Positions 22,141 to 35,426 of a DNA stretch of 64,000 nucleotides are shown here, piece by piece. Below the pieces are notes generated by a model, which saw only the letters and a program-made list of their open reading frames with translations, did no database searches and was not told the DNA's origin. The DNA comes from Mobula hypostoma (lineage: Eukaryota). Each line of letters begins with the position of its first letter. Position 1 is the stretch's first letter. The position numbers and the translations under genes were made by a program. The DNA is taken from assembly GCF_963921235.1 (NCBI RefSeq), contig NC_086097.1, positions 145,330,001 through 145,394,000 of the forward strand, written 5' to 3'.

Positions 22141-25100
22141 TATGGTCTCCTCAGAAAGTGTAGATGCTGCTGTGCCTTCTTGACCAATGAGGTGGTGTTA
22201 TGGGTCCAGATTAGATCGTCCATTATGTGCACATCAAGAAGTGTTGTGCTCTTCACTCTCTCCACAGCAGAGCCATTGCTGTACAATGGAGAGTGGTCGA
22301 CCTGCGCCTTCCTGAAGACCAGATCATCTCTTTCGCCATGTCCACGTTGAGACTCAGGTTGTCGTTCTCTCACAATTTGATAAGCCTCCACCTCCTCTCT
22401 GTATGCCGGCTCATCATTAGTGCTGATGAGACCGACTCATCATTGGAGCTGATGAATATCATCAGTGACTAGGAAATGCAGTTTGAACTGGATCTCGCAG
22501 TGTGGTCATGAGTCAGTAGCATGAACAGCAGCAGGCTGAGCACAGGCCCCGGGGGGGCGGGGGGAGGTGCAGGAACCAATGTTTAATGTGATCGTGCTTG
22601 AGATATTGCTGCCAACTCACACTGACTGGGGACTTTCTGTCAAGAAGTCCAAGATCCATTTACAGAGAGCTGTTGAGTCCAATCATGGATGGTTAATCCA
22701 CCAGCCTATGAGGGACAATTCTGTTAAATGGTGAGCTGAGGTTGATGAACAACATCGTGGTATGTGAGGCATTGGTTTCTTGATGGGACAGGACCGAATG
22801 GCGGGTCAAGACAATGGCATCATCAATGGACTGGTCTGAACAGTAGGCGAAGGGGTAACAGAAGGGGTCCAACGTAGCTGGAAGGTGGGATTTTAAGATC
22901 CATTACTGATTGCTCAAAGCACTTCATGGTTGTTGAGGATAATCATTTAGGGCAGTTAGCAGCACTTTCTAGGGCACTGTAATGATGGTAGCTGCCTTGA
23001 AGCCTGCAGGGACAGTAGGCTGCGAAAGATGTCTGTTAGACTTCTGTTCGCAGGGCTGCACAATACCTTGGCACCTGACCAGGTATGTTGTCCAGCCCCA
23101 CAGCTTTTTGTGGGTTTACCCTGGCTAGGAACCTCCTCACTTCAGCTGTGGCCAGAGAGTGTGCCTGTTCCTCAGGGGGACAGTGGGTTTTCCTGAATGT
23201 CACATCATTCAATACATCAAATTGTGCATAGGACATTCAGTTCATCAGGAAGGGAGGCATCGCTATAGTTGACATGCAGGGTGGACACAACTAGTTATGG
23301 TTTGTGTACCTTGCCACATGCACGGCAAGTCCCTAGTAGAAACCATAGAAAAACTACAGCACAGAAACAGGCCTTTTGACCCTTCTTGGTTGTGCCGAAC
23401 TATTTTCTGCCTAGTCCCACTGACCCACACACGGACCATATCCCTCCATACACCTCCCATCCATGTATCTGTCCAATTTATTCTTAAATGTTAAAAAAGT
23501 ACCCGCATTTACCACCTCATCTGGCAGCTCATTCCATACTCCCACCACTCTCTGTGTGAAGCCCCCACACCGATGTTCCCTTTAAACTTTTCCCTCCTCA
23601 CCCTTAACCCATGTCCTCTGGTTTTTTCCTCCCCTTGCCTCAGTGGAAAAAGCCTGCTTGCATTCATTCTATCTACACCCATCATAATTTTATATACTTC
23701 TATCAAATCTCCCCTAATTCTTCTACACTCCAGGGAATGAAGTCCCAACCTATTCAACCTTTCTCTGTAACTGAGTTTCTCAAGTCCCGGCAACATCCTT
23801 GTAAACCTTCTCTGCACTCTTTCACTCTTATTAATATCCTTCCTGTAATTTGGTGACCAAAACTATACACAATACTCAAGATTCGGTCCCACCAATGCCT
23901 TATACAACCTCATCATAACATTCCAGCTCTTATACTCAATATTTTGATTAATAAAGGCCAATGTACCAAAAGCTCTCTTTACAACCCTATCTACCTGTGA
24001 TGCCACTTTTAGGGAATTTTGTATCTGTATTCCCAGATCCCTCTATTCTACTGCACTCCTCAGTGCCTTACCATTTACCCTGTATGTGCTACCTTGGTTT
24101 GTCCTTCCAAAGTGCAATACCTCACACTTGTCTGTATTAAACTCCATCTGCCATTTTTTAGCCCATTTTTCCAGCTGGTCCAAGTCCCTCTGCAGGCTCT
24201 GAAAACCTTCCTCACTGTCCACTACACCTCCAATCTTTGTATCATCAGCAAATTTGCTGATCCAATTTACCACATTATCATCCAGATCATTGATATAGAT
24301 GACAAATAACAATGGACCCAGCACTGATCCCTGTGGCACACCACTAGTCACAGGCCTCCACTCAGAGAAGCCATTCTCTACTAACACTCTTTGGCTTCTT
24401 CTATTGAGCCAATGTCTAATCCAATTACCACCTCTCCATGTTTACCTAGTGACTGAATTTTCCTAACTAACCTCCCATGCGGGACCTTGTCAAAGCCCTT
24501 ACTGAAGTCCATGTAGACAACATCCACTGCCTTCCCTTCATCCACTTTCCTGGTAACCTCCTCGAAAAACTCCAATAGATTGGTCAAACATGACCTACCA
24601 TGCACAAAGCCATGTTGACTCTCCCTAATAAGTCCCTGTCTATCCAAATGCTTGTAGATTCTGTCTCTTAGTACTCCCTCCAATAACTTACCCACTACCA
24701 ACGTCAAACTTACTGGCCTATAATTTCCCGGATTACTTTTCGATCCTTTTTAAAGAACAGAACAACATGAGCCACTCTCCAATCCTCCGGCACCTCACCC
24801 GTAGACACCGACATTTTAAATATATCTGCCAGGGCCCCTGCAATTTCAACACTAGTCTCTTTCAAGGTCCGAGAGAATACCCTGTCAGGTCCTGGGGATT
24901 TATCCACTTTAATTTGCCTCAAGATAGCAAGCACCTCCTCCTTTTCAATCTGTACAGTTTCCATGGTCTCACTACTTGTTTCCCTTAACTCCATAGACTT
25001 CATGCCAGTTTCCTTAGTAAATACAGACACAAAAAACCCATTTAAGATCTCCCCATTTCTTTTGGGTCCGCACATAGTCGACCACTCTGATTTTATCCCT

Positions 25101-25790
25101 TAGAATCCTTTTACTCTTAATATACCTGTAAAAGCTCTTTGGATTATCCTTCACTTTGACTGTCAAGGCAACCTCAAGTCTTCTTTTAGCCCTCCTGATT
25201 TCTTTCTTAAGTATTTTCTTGTCAGAAAGGTGTCTGTGAATTCTCTGTGCATACTCATACTTTGCCTTCCTTTCAGCATGGGAGAGTGTGGCTCTTTCTG
25301 ACCTTAGGGTCATCCTGTCCCCTGATCTGAGGTCAGCGCCCTGGTCTCCAAGCAGTGCACGTGCCTCTGCAGTCAGCTATGATGTCTGGTTTGCCCTGGC
25401 AGTGCAGTGTTTAATCCTCAATGCACTTTCCTATGTAGCCAGTCACCAATCCCGCATATTCATCAATACTAACGTGATGATCATAGCTAGCTGCTGAATA
25501 TGCTCATATGGCACATTCTAGCCAGGTCCTGGTTTGACTTGTTTAACCAGTGGTTTACATGAAGGGATTAACAAAATAGATTTGTGGTCTGAGTATCCAA
25601 GGTGAGGGAGAGGGTCATGTGGGAGGGGGGGTGTTCAGCCTTGTAGACTCCATGAATGTTGGTATAAACCTAGTCTAATGTATTTTCTCCTCTGGTTGTG
25701 AAGTTGACCTACTTGTAGAACTTTTGGCAGGACTCATTTTAAGTTGGCATCATTGAAGTCACGAGTAACAATGAGAAACCATTGAGGAGG
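22141..25790 (-). mobile_element. Rex1/Babar LINE interrupted by CR1
   Basis: KKAQQHLHFLRR, EVRRFLARVNPQKAVGLDNIPG and MWQG..DASLPDELN; the coding sequence continues beyond 25220. Confidence 0.8.
23338..25220 (-). mobile_element. CR1 LINE, 5'-truncated, nested in Rex1
   Basis: ORFs carry KSPGPD, SQHGF..SCLTNL, SGVPQGSVLGPLLF, KFADDTK and RGDLIEVYKI; ATAGAAAC-type tail. Confidence 0.95.
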
Positions 25791-26360
25791 TCACAGATGG
25801 AACCATAGGATTTCCTCTTGGGGTTACATGGTTTTTAAGATTACTCGAACAGACAAGGGAAGTGTCCCCCACCCACTTGTCCACCCACAATGATCATGCA
25901 CGGCCTTCTTTTAATATTAAGACTGCAATGAGAGGAGATAATGCTCAGAATTGAACATTAAACCACCAAATTTTTCATTATGTCACTTCCACCACTCCGG
26001 ACTGAGTATGAACATTATAAGGAAGTTTTACAGGGACATGGTGAAGGAATGCTGAAACTGACTGGGGTGTCCTTATCAATATGACTACTCACCACCCTAG
26101 TATAATAATTCACAGATAAAATTCGTCCATTTGTAAATCAGTGAGCATGAAATTGCACACTACCAGCATGGTTACCAGTTTTGTCCAAAATGCCACCGTC
26201 CAGTTTCATTTGAGGATCTACCATGCTCCAGCAAATTTCTACCGATATATCTGAAACTCAAAGATGCACTGCCAAGACAGCTGAAGGCCAACAGACTTTT
26301 CTAGAATGACGCAGTTATGCTTCTGTACAGCTGAACAAATTTCAACATTTGGTGACAAGA

Positions 26361-27718
26361 ACAGACATCCCACCCTGCAAAAACTCATTCCAGGGAGGTA
26401 GCACCCCCTCCCCCCCGCAACACCATATCCCACCCCTCCTGCCCGTCGACCTCCAAGGGTGTATGTAATACTTTGTTTAGTGATTTTGTCTAATCTGTAA
26501 ACCAAGTTGGGTATATGCAGCAAATGTGACATTAAAATATGTGCTTATATTATATTATAATGTTTATTCTATTACAACTTTAAGCAAGTCTACAGGGAGT
26601 TTGGCCTCATCACGTAGGACATCAATAGCGTAGCTCCTTAGCAGCTCGCCAGCTAGTTTAAATAACGTTAGCTATGCTGTTAAACTCACCTCAACATGTC
26701 TTTTACATTTTAACCCACCATGGGTAATAGAAAAGTCACTGTTTCAAACAGTGCAGCGAGCAACACTGTCATTATTTTGACCCCTATTAGGCAGGTGTAC
26801 ACTTTAGTGTAGTCTGGAGTGACGTACGTTTTATTTTTTTAGAGCACTCTGCAAAGGCTCTCTCTCTCTCTCTCACTCTCAGTCGCTCGCGCGCTCTTGC
26901 TTACTTTCTCGCTCTCTCGCTCTCTCTTGCTTTCTCACTCGCTCTCTCGCTCTCTCTTGCTTTTCTTTCGCTCGCTCTCAAAAAAATTGATTTCCGTGAT
27001 ATTGTATATAATTTGCAGGCATCAGGGAGCCACTATTAATATGCGGGAGACTCCCGGAAGTTCCGGGAGAGGTAGGATGTCTGGAACATATAAAATTATT
27101 GCAACACACCAATATCACTGAATCAGTGCGAGCCTTGGGTTTGTTTGCCTGCAACAAGACGGTCCCATCGAGGGGTGAGGGGAGACAGCGATATTCGAAG
27201 AGGGTTCCTTATGTCCAGTCTATCCCACAATTTAGTTTTTGTTGCATTCATTGCAGAAAACTCCGCTTCGCCGCGATATGATGTTGGAAATGGAAGCAAC
27301 GTTTTCAGTGCTTTCGTGGCTATCTCAGGATATTTAGCCTTGACTTTGATCCAGAATGTTATGTCAAACATACTTTTCAGCCAGTTGTCATTTACAAGCT
27401 CGAGGAGTTGATCTCTTTCCCGCACTGACACGGATGACGCGCGGGTAATGACCTCGCGTGCATTCAAGTTCAACAGTGCGCGACAGGGAATGAGGAAAGG
27501 TGCAAATTACTCATATCGTTTCATATCGCCAAATCATATTGTTTCCTCGCGGCCCAGTAGTTGGGGACCACTCTTAGCACGAAGGGAGACCAATCAGGAT
27601 GCTCGCTCTCCCTCTCAAAAAATCTATTTCTGGGATATTGTATAAAATTTCCAGGCGTCAGGGAGCCACTATCGATATGCGGGACACTCCCAGATCTTCC
27701 GGGAGAGGTGCGATATCT
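26361..27718. mobile_element. Non-autonomous hAT-like element with a duplicated right end enclosing a Charlie/Buster transposase fragment
   Basis: Left end CAGACATCCCACC; right-end copies GGTAGGATGTCTG (~27070-27082) and GGTGCGATATCT (~27707-27718). 26977-27082 is directly repeated at 27613-27718. Confidence 0.6.
27123..27473 (-). pseudogene. hAT (Charlie/Buster) transposase C-terminal dimerisation domain
   Basis: FWIKVKAKYPEIATKALKTLLPFPTSYRGEAEFSAMNATKTKLWDRLDI. Confidence 0.85.
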
Positions 27719-27979
27719 ACAAGAAAGCTAGACGATCTGCAACATCTGGAACAAGCACTTGATGGAACCTTTCATGTTGGAATTAATCAGTTTGTCATGC
27801 AGTTTAACAGGCATACACAAGCAACATAAATGGCAGGTTAAATGGAATCCCTGTACAGACATGATAAAAGTCGAGTCCATCCAATCACATCAGTGACCAT
27901 CATCTACTTCATACCTAACACAGTTGCTGTACACCGAGCAGCTTCTGATGCCATTGAATAGATCCCCAAACTCGATATT

Positions 27980-29645
27980 TGGCTCTGAGGCCAATGTGCG
28001 AGCAGCCTTCAGGAGGGTGAACCCACAAAAAGCATCCAGCCCAGACAGAGCACCAGTCAAATACTAACGACCTGTGCTGATCAACTGGCTGGAGTGTTCA
28101 CTGAGATCTTTAACTTCTCACTTTGGCCGTTTGCTTCACACAGGCTTCAATTATACCGATGCCCAAGAAGAACATGGTGACCTGCCTCAATGATAATTGT
28201 CCAGTAGCACTTACATCCACAGTGATGAGGTGTTTTGAGATGTTAGTGATAAAACAAATCAACTCCTGCCTGAGAAGCGAAATGTATCCACTCCAGTTTG
28301 CCAACCGGAGCAACAGGTTCACAGCAGATGCCACCTGACTGGCTCTTCACTCAACCCTGGAGCATCTGGACAGCAAAGGTACCTGCACCAAGATGCTCTT
28401 TATTGACTACAGCTAGACATTTAAATCTCCTCCAAACTAATCAATGAACTTCAAGACCGTGGCTTCAATATCTCCTTATGCAATTGGATCCTCTATTTCC
28501 TCATTTGCAAACCCCAGTCAGTTCGAATTGACAACATCACCTACATGATCTCCATTAGCACAGGGAGACCACTAGATTGTGTGCTTAGTCCCTTGCTCTA
28601 CTCACATTACATTTATGACTGTATGGCTAAGCACAGCTCCAATGGCATATTTATTTTCTGATGACACCACTGTCGTAGGCCAAATGAAAGGTGGTGACAA
28701 ATGAGCATATATGAGAGAAACTGAAAATCTTGCTGACTGGTGCCACAACAACAACCTCTTACTCAATGTCAGCAAGACCAAGGAGCTGGTTATTGACTTC
28801 AGTTTGAGGAACCCAGATGTCCATGAGCCAGTCCTTACTGAAAGATCAGAGGTGGAGAGGGTCAGAAACTTTAAAATCCTCAGTGTTATCATTTCAGAGG
28901 ATTGGTCCTGGGCCCAGCACACAAGTGCAATTACAAAGAAAGTATAGCAGCGCCTCTACATTCTCAGGAGCTTGCGAAGATTTGGGATGACATCTAAAAC
29001 CTTGATAAACTTCTATAGATGTGTAGTAAAGAACACAATGACTGGCTGCATCACAGCCTGGTATGGAAACACCAATGACTTTGCATGGAAAATCCTACAA
29101 AAAGTAGTGGATCCAGCCAGTCCTTCACAGGTAAAGCCTTTCCCAACATTGAACACATCCACATGAAGTGTTAGCGCAGGAAAGCAGCATCCACCATCAG
29201 GGGCACCCACACAACCAAGGGCATGCTCTCTTCTCACTGCTGCCATCAAGATGGTAGAGGTGCCTCATGAGGCACACCACCAGGTTCAGGTACAGTTGTT
29301 ACTCCTTCAACCATCAGGCTCTTGAACCAAAGGGGGAGATTTCACTCAACTTCACTTGCCCATCACTGAGCTGTTCCCATAACCTTTGGACTCCCTTTCA
29401 AGGACTCTCCATCTCATGTTCTCGATATTTATTGATTATTGCTCGTTTATTTATTTCTTTTTGTATTTGCTCAGTTTGTTGCCTTTTACACATTGGTTGG
29501 ACAAAAGACAAACGGTCTTCCATTGATTCAGCTATAGTTATTATTCTATTATGTTTTTACCGAATACGCCCACAAGTAAATGTGAATCTCAGGGTTGTAT
29601 ATGATGACATATGTACACATTTATAATAAATTTACTTTGAACTTT
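27980..29645 (+). mobile_element. Rex1/Babar LINE, 5'-truncated
   Basis: PVALTSTVMRCFEML, WCHNNNLLLNVSKTKELVIDF and FYRCVV; tail AATAAATTTACTTTGAACTTT. Confidence 0.9.
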
Positions 29646-30988
29646 AAATTATTACTTGTTTCTTTGTGTCACAAGATAAAGTAAAGAGAACAAAAACATT
29701 CAACAGTGTTTAAGGAGGCATCATTATTAGCAAAGTATAAAGACTCAAGCTGGAAACTATTCAACTCAAGCCTAAAGATTTTGCTCTTTTGTTAGAGACA
29801 TAATCTGCTATTGCATTTTCATCTGCCATTTTTATTGCTGAGACACTAGCTGTTCCCGCCTTCACTTGTAGCAGGCTCATAAGATCAGGCAGAATTTGCA
29901 AGACTGGTTCCAGATATTTTCCATCATCTTCCTACTGAAGATTGTGGCAAGCAGGAGTATCAATTTATTCCAGTGGGGATTATGGAAGGAGTTACTGTTA
30001 ATATCTTTAAATGAAAATCTGATGAATTCCTCTTGCAACATACTTTTAGATACAGTTCCAGTCATTGAAGTTTTTGGAAGGAACAAGAGAGCAGTCAGAG
30101 AGGTAGATGGAAGAATAGGTTTGAACAATGGCAAATAATTATTAAACTGAGCACATTCAAAGGAGAAATGAGAAATTTTAGAGGTGGTAGTGTGATTGAC
30201 ATTCGAGAGGAATATTGTATATAGATGAGGAGAATTGTTTCAGCTTGTCCATAACAGTCAAAGACAGAACCTTGTGCTTGCAGGAAGCAAATTTATAACT
30301 AAACATATGACAAGTATTGTCTAGAAATCAGGCAACACCCTTCAATCAGTTTGCTGCATGCCCGCAATTGACTTGTATGTGGAGGTGCAGCAGGAAAGAT
30401 CAGTACATACCAATCCAGGTCACTGTGCAAAGGGCATCAGAGAGATTCAAGACAAGGGGGACACAAAGGAAGAGAGGTCGAATGGTAGCAGTGGATATGG
30501 GAAGTGGGCTGAGTTCAGCAGAAAGGTGAGTAGTAACACTGATCATTAAGAGGAGTAGTGTTAAGAGGAGTTGGTGGCAGGACAGAGTGTGATGAGGTCA
30601 CTGGGTGTGATCAATATCTGGGGCGGTTATATGGTTGACATTCCAAGGATTGCTTCACATGTGAATGCTCAAGCTACAAGCTGGCTGGTGTGGAAACCAG
30701 GAAAAATTCACACCAACATGAGAAGAGAGATACACTGAGCTTCAAATCAATACTGCACCTGAACGGAGGAACTTCAATCTGATCTTTATCCCACATTGCA
30801 CCCGAAGTCTTATTACTTAATTGTCTAATGATCCATATTGCTGTTCTTCAGGAACCAAAACTTCCAAAATAGGTCATTAAACCCCTACAGGGTGAAGTAG
30901 GGTTCAACATCTCAAATAGTAAAGCTACTCCATTTCTTTTAAAAGTGCAATATTTTTTAAATGCTTCTGTTTTCCATTGCCCTCATAC

Positions 30989-31054
30989 CTGGTTTGTTTT
31001 GCAATGTGTTCAAAGCCAGAGAGGACAACATAGTTTGTGAAAGCCATGAAGTAC
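30989..31054 (-). CDS. ALS2CL: ALS2CL coding exon (66 nt, phase 2/2)
   Basis: ttacag| (M)YFMAFTNYVVLSGFEHIAKQT(S) |gtatga; resembles human YIESYTSCMVVQAFQKAAKRRS. Confidence 0.88.
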
Positions 31055-31953
31055 CTGTAAGAGAGAAAGATGAACAAATATTGAACTATCCAGTGGCACA
31101 GATTAGAGAAATATGGAGCAGAAGGAGAATTAGTTCGGTAAGGGAGGAACAGGCTGAAGATTGTGAGGAGGGGTGGATAAGGGGACAATGGAGAGAGACA
31201 AGAAAAAAAGTGGGCAGAAAGGTGAGGGGTTGGATGAAGCAAGAGATCAAAGGAATTTGGATAGGTGGAGGGGGTTAGAGGTGTGGAGCTGCACAGGACA
31301 AAACAGGGCAAGGCTGTAGTTTTTGGACTCAGGTCCTACAGGTTGATAGTCCAAGACCTTCATCACTTGGCTACTCTATTCAACTTCAGGTTCATAAGAA
31401 ATGGTCCCAGCACTCCACTATATCAACACCCCTCCATGCTAATATCAAATACATATCAATGCTAATCCTATGTGCAGTGATCTGTAGTCTTCTATGCTTT
31501 GGTGATTCAAGTGCTAGTCCAGGTATCCTTTAAATATTGTACATGTCTCTTCACACTTATCAGGATTAACTTTCATCTGCCATTGTTCTACCGAATTTAC
31601 CAGTTGATCAACATCTTTCTTTATCCTCAGACTATCAAAATACCACCAATTTTTATGTCAATCATACCTCCTATGTTAACATCTAGGTTGTTCCTACATA
31701 TAGCTAACAGCGAGGTTCCAGTACACCACTGATCATAGGCTTCCAATTCCAAAACAACCCCACCATCATCCTCCATCTCCTTCCATTACACTTACTAATT
31801 TGTCATATAACCTGCAGGCTCTAACTGTTTGGAACAGCTTTCCATATAGGACCTGAACAAATGCTCATTAGTGATCTTCATACACTGACCTGTAATGAAT
31901 GGCTAGTCACACATGATTGCCAAGCATCTGAAATACTCAGCTTAGTCACTTAC

Positions 31954-32140
31954 ATAATACACATCTCCTTAAGCTGCTGTGCATTTTTGAGCAGGTAGAG
32001 TTCCTTGTGGGTTGAAGTATTGAATCTTTCGCTAAGGTGCGAGCAATTGTCTTCTGTCTGATTGCAAAGTGCCTCCAAACTTTCCTCCAAGGCAAAGAGC
32101 GATTCTTTCAGCTGTGGTCGGGATTTTAGGTCAGAAGCTT
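31954..32140 (-). CDS. ALS2CL: ALS2CL coding exon (187 nt, phase 1/2)
   Basis: ctgtag| (E)ASDLKSRPQLKESLFALEESLEALCNQTEDNCSHLSERFNTSTHKELYLLKNAQQLKEMCI |gtaagt. Confidence 0.85.
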
Positions 32141-32449
32141 CTACAGAAATGAAACACACATAGAACAAAACTGGGAAGGTTTACTCAGGCAATAATGGAA
32201 AGTAAAAATTATTGTATCAGCAAGCCACAAGACGCCACATCATGAAATCCAGTAGGGCTGAAGTCAATAGAAATGAGAATCAGGAAGCTTAAAAACCAGG
32301 CAGATAATTCATCCTAGCTAATCAACAATTTTAAGTATATGTGCTACCTATTAATTTCACAGTGACTGTATTTTAGTTTCATCCACCATCTTTTTCCAGA
32401 TATTTTGATCCATTGATATGTGAAGTCAGTGAATTCTTTTCCAGAAGAT

Positions 32450-32828
32450 ACAAGGTCCATCAGGAAGAAGGTACAAGAGCCTCAGAACTTACACCACCAC
32501 ATCCAAGAACCGTTATAACCCCTCAACCATTCGAGCTCTTGAATAAAAGGGGATAACTACATTCATCTATTGAGATGCTCCCATGACCAATGATCTCATG
32601 TTCAGGACTCTTTATCTTGTTATTTAATGTTCTTGTTATTTATTGCTATTTATTTATATTTGCATTTGCACCGTTTGTTATCTTCTATGCTCTACTTTGT
32701 CTTTCATTGATCCTGTTATAGTTTCTATTCTATAGATTTTCTAAGAATGCCCACAGGAAAAATAATCTCAGGGTTGTATGTGGTGACATGCATGTGCTCT
32801 AATAATAAAATTTACTTTGAACTTTGAT
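32450..32828 (+). mobile_element. Rex1 3' end fragment
   Basis: CCATCAGGAAGAAGGTACAAGAGCCTCAG and the AATAAAATTTACTTTGAACTTTG tail, shared with 29240-29645. Confidence 0.75.
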
Positions 32829-32882
32829 CTTCGGACCAGTGTCAGTCTTTGTAAAATAATGCAGAACCTAAGAGTCACTTAC

Positions 32883-32988
32883 CAGCCTTGACAAGAGGCT
32901 GCAGAATTTCAGTTTTAATATCAGACAACAAATCTTTGAAGGACTGTTCCAACTTGAAGAGGTAGGCAGCTTCCCTTTGGCATTTTTC
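32883..32988 (-). CDS. ALS2CL: ALS2CL coding exon (106 nt, phase 0/1)
   Basis: ccaaag| EKCQREAAYLFKLEQSFKDLLSDIKTEILQPLVKA G|gtaagt; resembles human EEAALLRLEEVFSATLAHVNSLVLQPLLPAA. Confidence 0.85.
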
Positions 32989-33157
32989 CTTTGGCAATAC
33001 AAACAAAAATAGTTAGAGTAATAATAATCACAGGGATATCTTAGTCCACAGTGAACGCCGCACCAGGTCTGAAGAAGAATTAAGAGTGGATACTGAACAT
33101 TATATTGTAGAAGGTAAAAAAAAGGGATAACCTATAAAAAGTAAGCTCAAGCAATTC

Positions 33158-33366
33158 TGTGCATGTAGAAATCTAGAGCAACACACACACACACACAATA
33201 CTGAAGGAAATCAGCAGGTCATGCAGCATCTACAGAGGGGAAACAACCAGTCGACATTTTGGGCCAAGACCCTTCATCAGGACTGTTTCAGTCTGAAACA
33301 TTGACTGTTTATTCTCCTCCATTGATGCTGCCTGACTTGCTGAGTTCCTCCAGCATTTTGTGTGTT
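33158..33366 (-). mobile_element. Penelope-derived fold-back short element (hammerhead core mutated)
   Basis: Inverted arms; the minus strand reads CAGTC-CTGATGA-AGGGTCTTGGCCC-AAAA-TGTC-GACTG. Confidence 0.75.
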
Positions 33367-33419
33367 AACCTGTAAAAAGACCCATTCTTCAGGAAGGGAT
33401 AGTAACAGAAGGATGGTGA

Positions 33420-35280
33420 AAGGCCTTGATAGAGTGGATGTGCAGAGGATGTTTCCTTTGGTGGGAGAGTCAAAGACCAGAGGACACAGCCTCTGAACAG
33501 AGGGGCTTCCTTTTAGAACGGAGATGAGGAGGAATTTCTTTAGCTAGATGGTGGTAAATCTGTGGAATTCTTTGCCACAGGCAGCTGTGGAGGCCAAGTC
33601 TTTATGAATATTTAAGGCAGAGGCTGATAGATTCTTGATTGGTCAGGGCATGAAGGGATACGGGGAAAAGGCAGGGGATTGGGACTGAGAAGAAAATTGG
33701 ATCAGCCATGATGAAATGGTGGAGCAGACGTGATGGGCCAAATGGCCTAATTTTTTTCTCATATCTTATGGTCTTATAGCAGAAAACAATTCGCCTATCA
33801 ATGTTCTCTGGGAAAGTGCTGGACTCCAATATTAAGGAGGCAATAGCAGAAGATGTTGAAAATCATAAAACTTCCAAGCAGAATCAATATGATTATTATG
33901 AAAAGAAAATTGTGATTGACATTCTTACAAGAGGTCTTTAAGTAATTAACAAGAGAGAAGATGAAAATGAATCAGTAGGTGTGATGTATTCAGATTTCCA
34001 GAGGGCATTCAGTAAGGTACCACATAAAGTTTAATACATAAGATAAGAGTACAGAAGCTTGGCAATGATATACTGACTTGCACACAAGAGAGTGTCCAAC
34101 TATAGAAATCAGTGAGTCTAGATAAATGAAATGGTTTTTGAATTGAGAATCAGTTACTAAGGCAATGCCACAGGAATTAGTGCCGAGACTTCAGCTATTT
34201 ATAATGTATTGGGATTACTTGAATGAGGATTTCAGCCAAATTTGTTCATGATAGACAAATAGCTGGATGAGCAAGTTCCAAGAAAGAACACAAAGAACAA
34301 GCAAAAGGCCATAGTTAAGTGAATGGTACATGCACTATAAGGTGGGGAAATGTGAGGTCATCCACTTTGTTGGATGGAAAAACTGAAAAGCAAATTAACA
34401 TTTTAAAAAAGTGAGATTACAATTTGGAGGCATACAGTGTCTGATTGTGACATACTGTGTCTCATTGTGCAATGTTTCAATCTGAAACATTAACTGCCCA
34501 TTCCCTTTCATACGTGCTGCCTGACCCCCTGAGCTCCTCAAATTCTTTCGTATGTTGATTTGCGTTACAATATGTTGTGGTACAAAATGATCTGCAAATT
34601 CTTGTAGATGAATTACAAAAGATTAGCATGCAGTACACCCATTACTTCGAAAGGCTAATGGAATTTTGACTTTTCTTGCAAAAGGTCATGGAATAACCTT
34701 AAAATCATGGATATTTTGATGGAAGTGTGCAGGGCATTAGTAACACCAAGCCTCGAGTATTAAAGTTTTAGTCTTCATATTTAAGGAAGGATATGCTGTA
34801 TTAAAGGCCATGCAGAAAAGGTTCATAGGTTAAATCTTGGGATAATGTTGATGTATGAAGAAAGGTTGAGTAAGTTAGGCCTATTATACTCATTGATATC
34901 TAGAGGGAAAAACACATTAAACATTCTGAGGGGCTTTGAAAATTCTGGAAGAATTCTTTTTTTCTTTCTGGTGCAGATAAACAGAACCAGAGGCATAGTT
35001 TCAAGATAAGGAATTGCTTATTTTTGGTTAATTTTAGAAGGGGATAAGGAGGATTTTCTTCTCTCACAGAGTCATGAATTTTTGGAATTTCCTTTTCCAG
35101 AGTTGTAAAGGTGAATCATTGATTAAGACAAAATCGGACAGACATTTAAACTACAAGGTACACCAGGGATTTGAGCAAATATCGGAATGTAGGGAAGTAG
35201 CATTTGGGCTTAAATTGCATCTGCCATGCTCATCGAATGGCTGACGTGACTGGCCTATACTTGCTCCTGTTTCGAATGTT
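33420..35280 (+). mobile_element. CR1 fragments (younger 3' end 33420-33778; older RT-to-3' copy 33790-35280)
   Basis: Decayed DFQRAFSKVPH, PQGSVL-like and CEVIHF motifs, and a TCTTATGG tail. Confidence 0.7.
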
Positions 35281-35285
35281 CTTAC

Positions 35286-35426
35286 CTTAACATCTGGCCC
35301 CAAGTTAACAGTTTGCCGGGAGTTTGACACAGATTTTGAGCAGGGTGTCATCCAGTTGACAGAAAAGCTGGACTTCTGTGGCAGTACATCTGAATCAGCC
35401 CGCTGCACAGGGCAACTCGGGTCCAT
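35286..35426 (-). CDS. ALS2CL: Putative first coding exon of ALS2CL (lineage-specific N-terminus)
   Basis: ATG at 35426, 47 open codons (MDPSCPVQRADS...NLGPDVK), strong AAG|gtaaga donor in phase 0 matching the 32988 acceptor. I recognise no homology. Confidence 0.55.

Noticed and set aside
29877..30138. Possible ALS2CL exon from ORFs on both strands
   Set aside because: Exons 30989-31054 and 20165-20321 already join in phase with continuous similarity, and these peptides show none.
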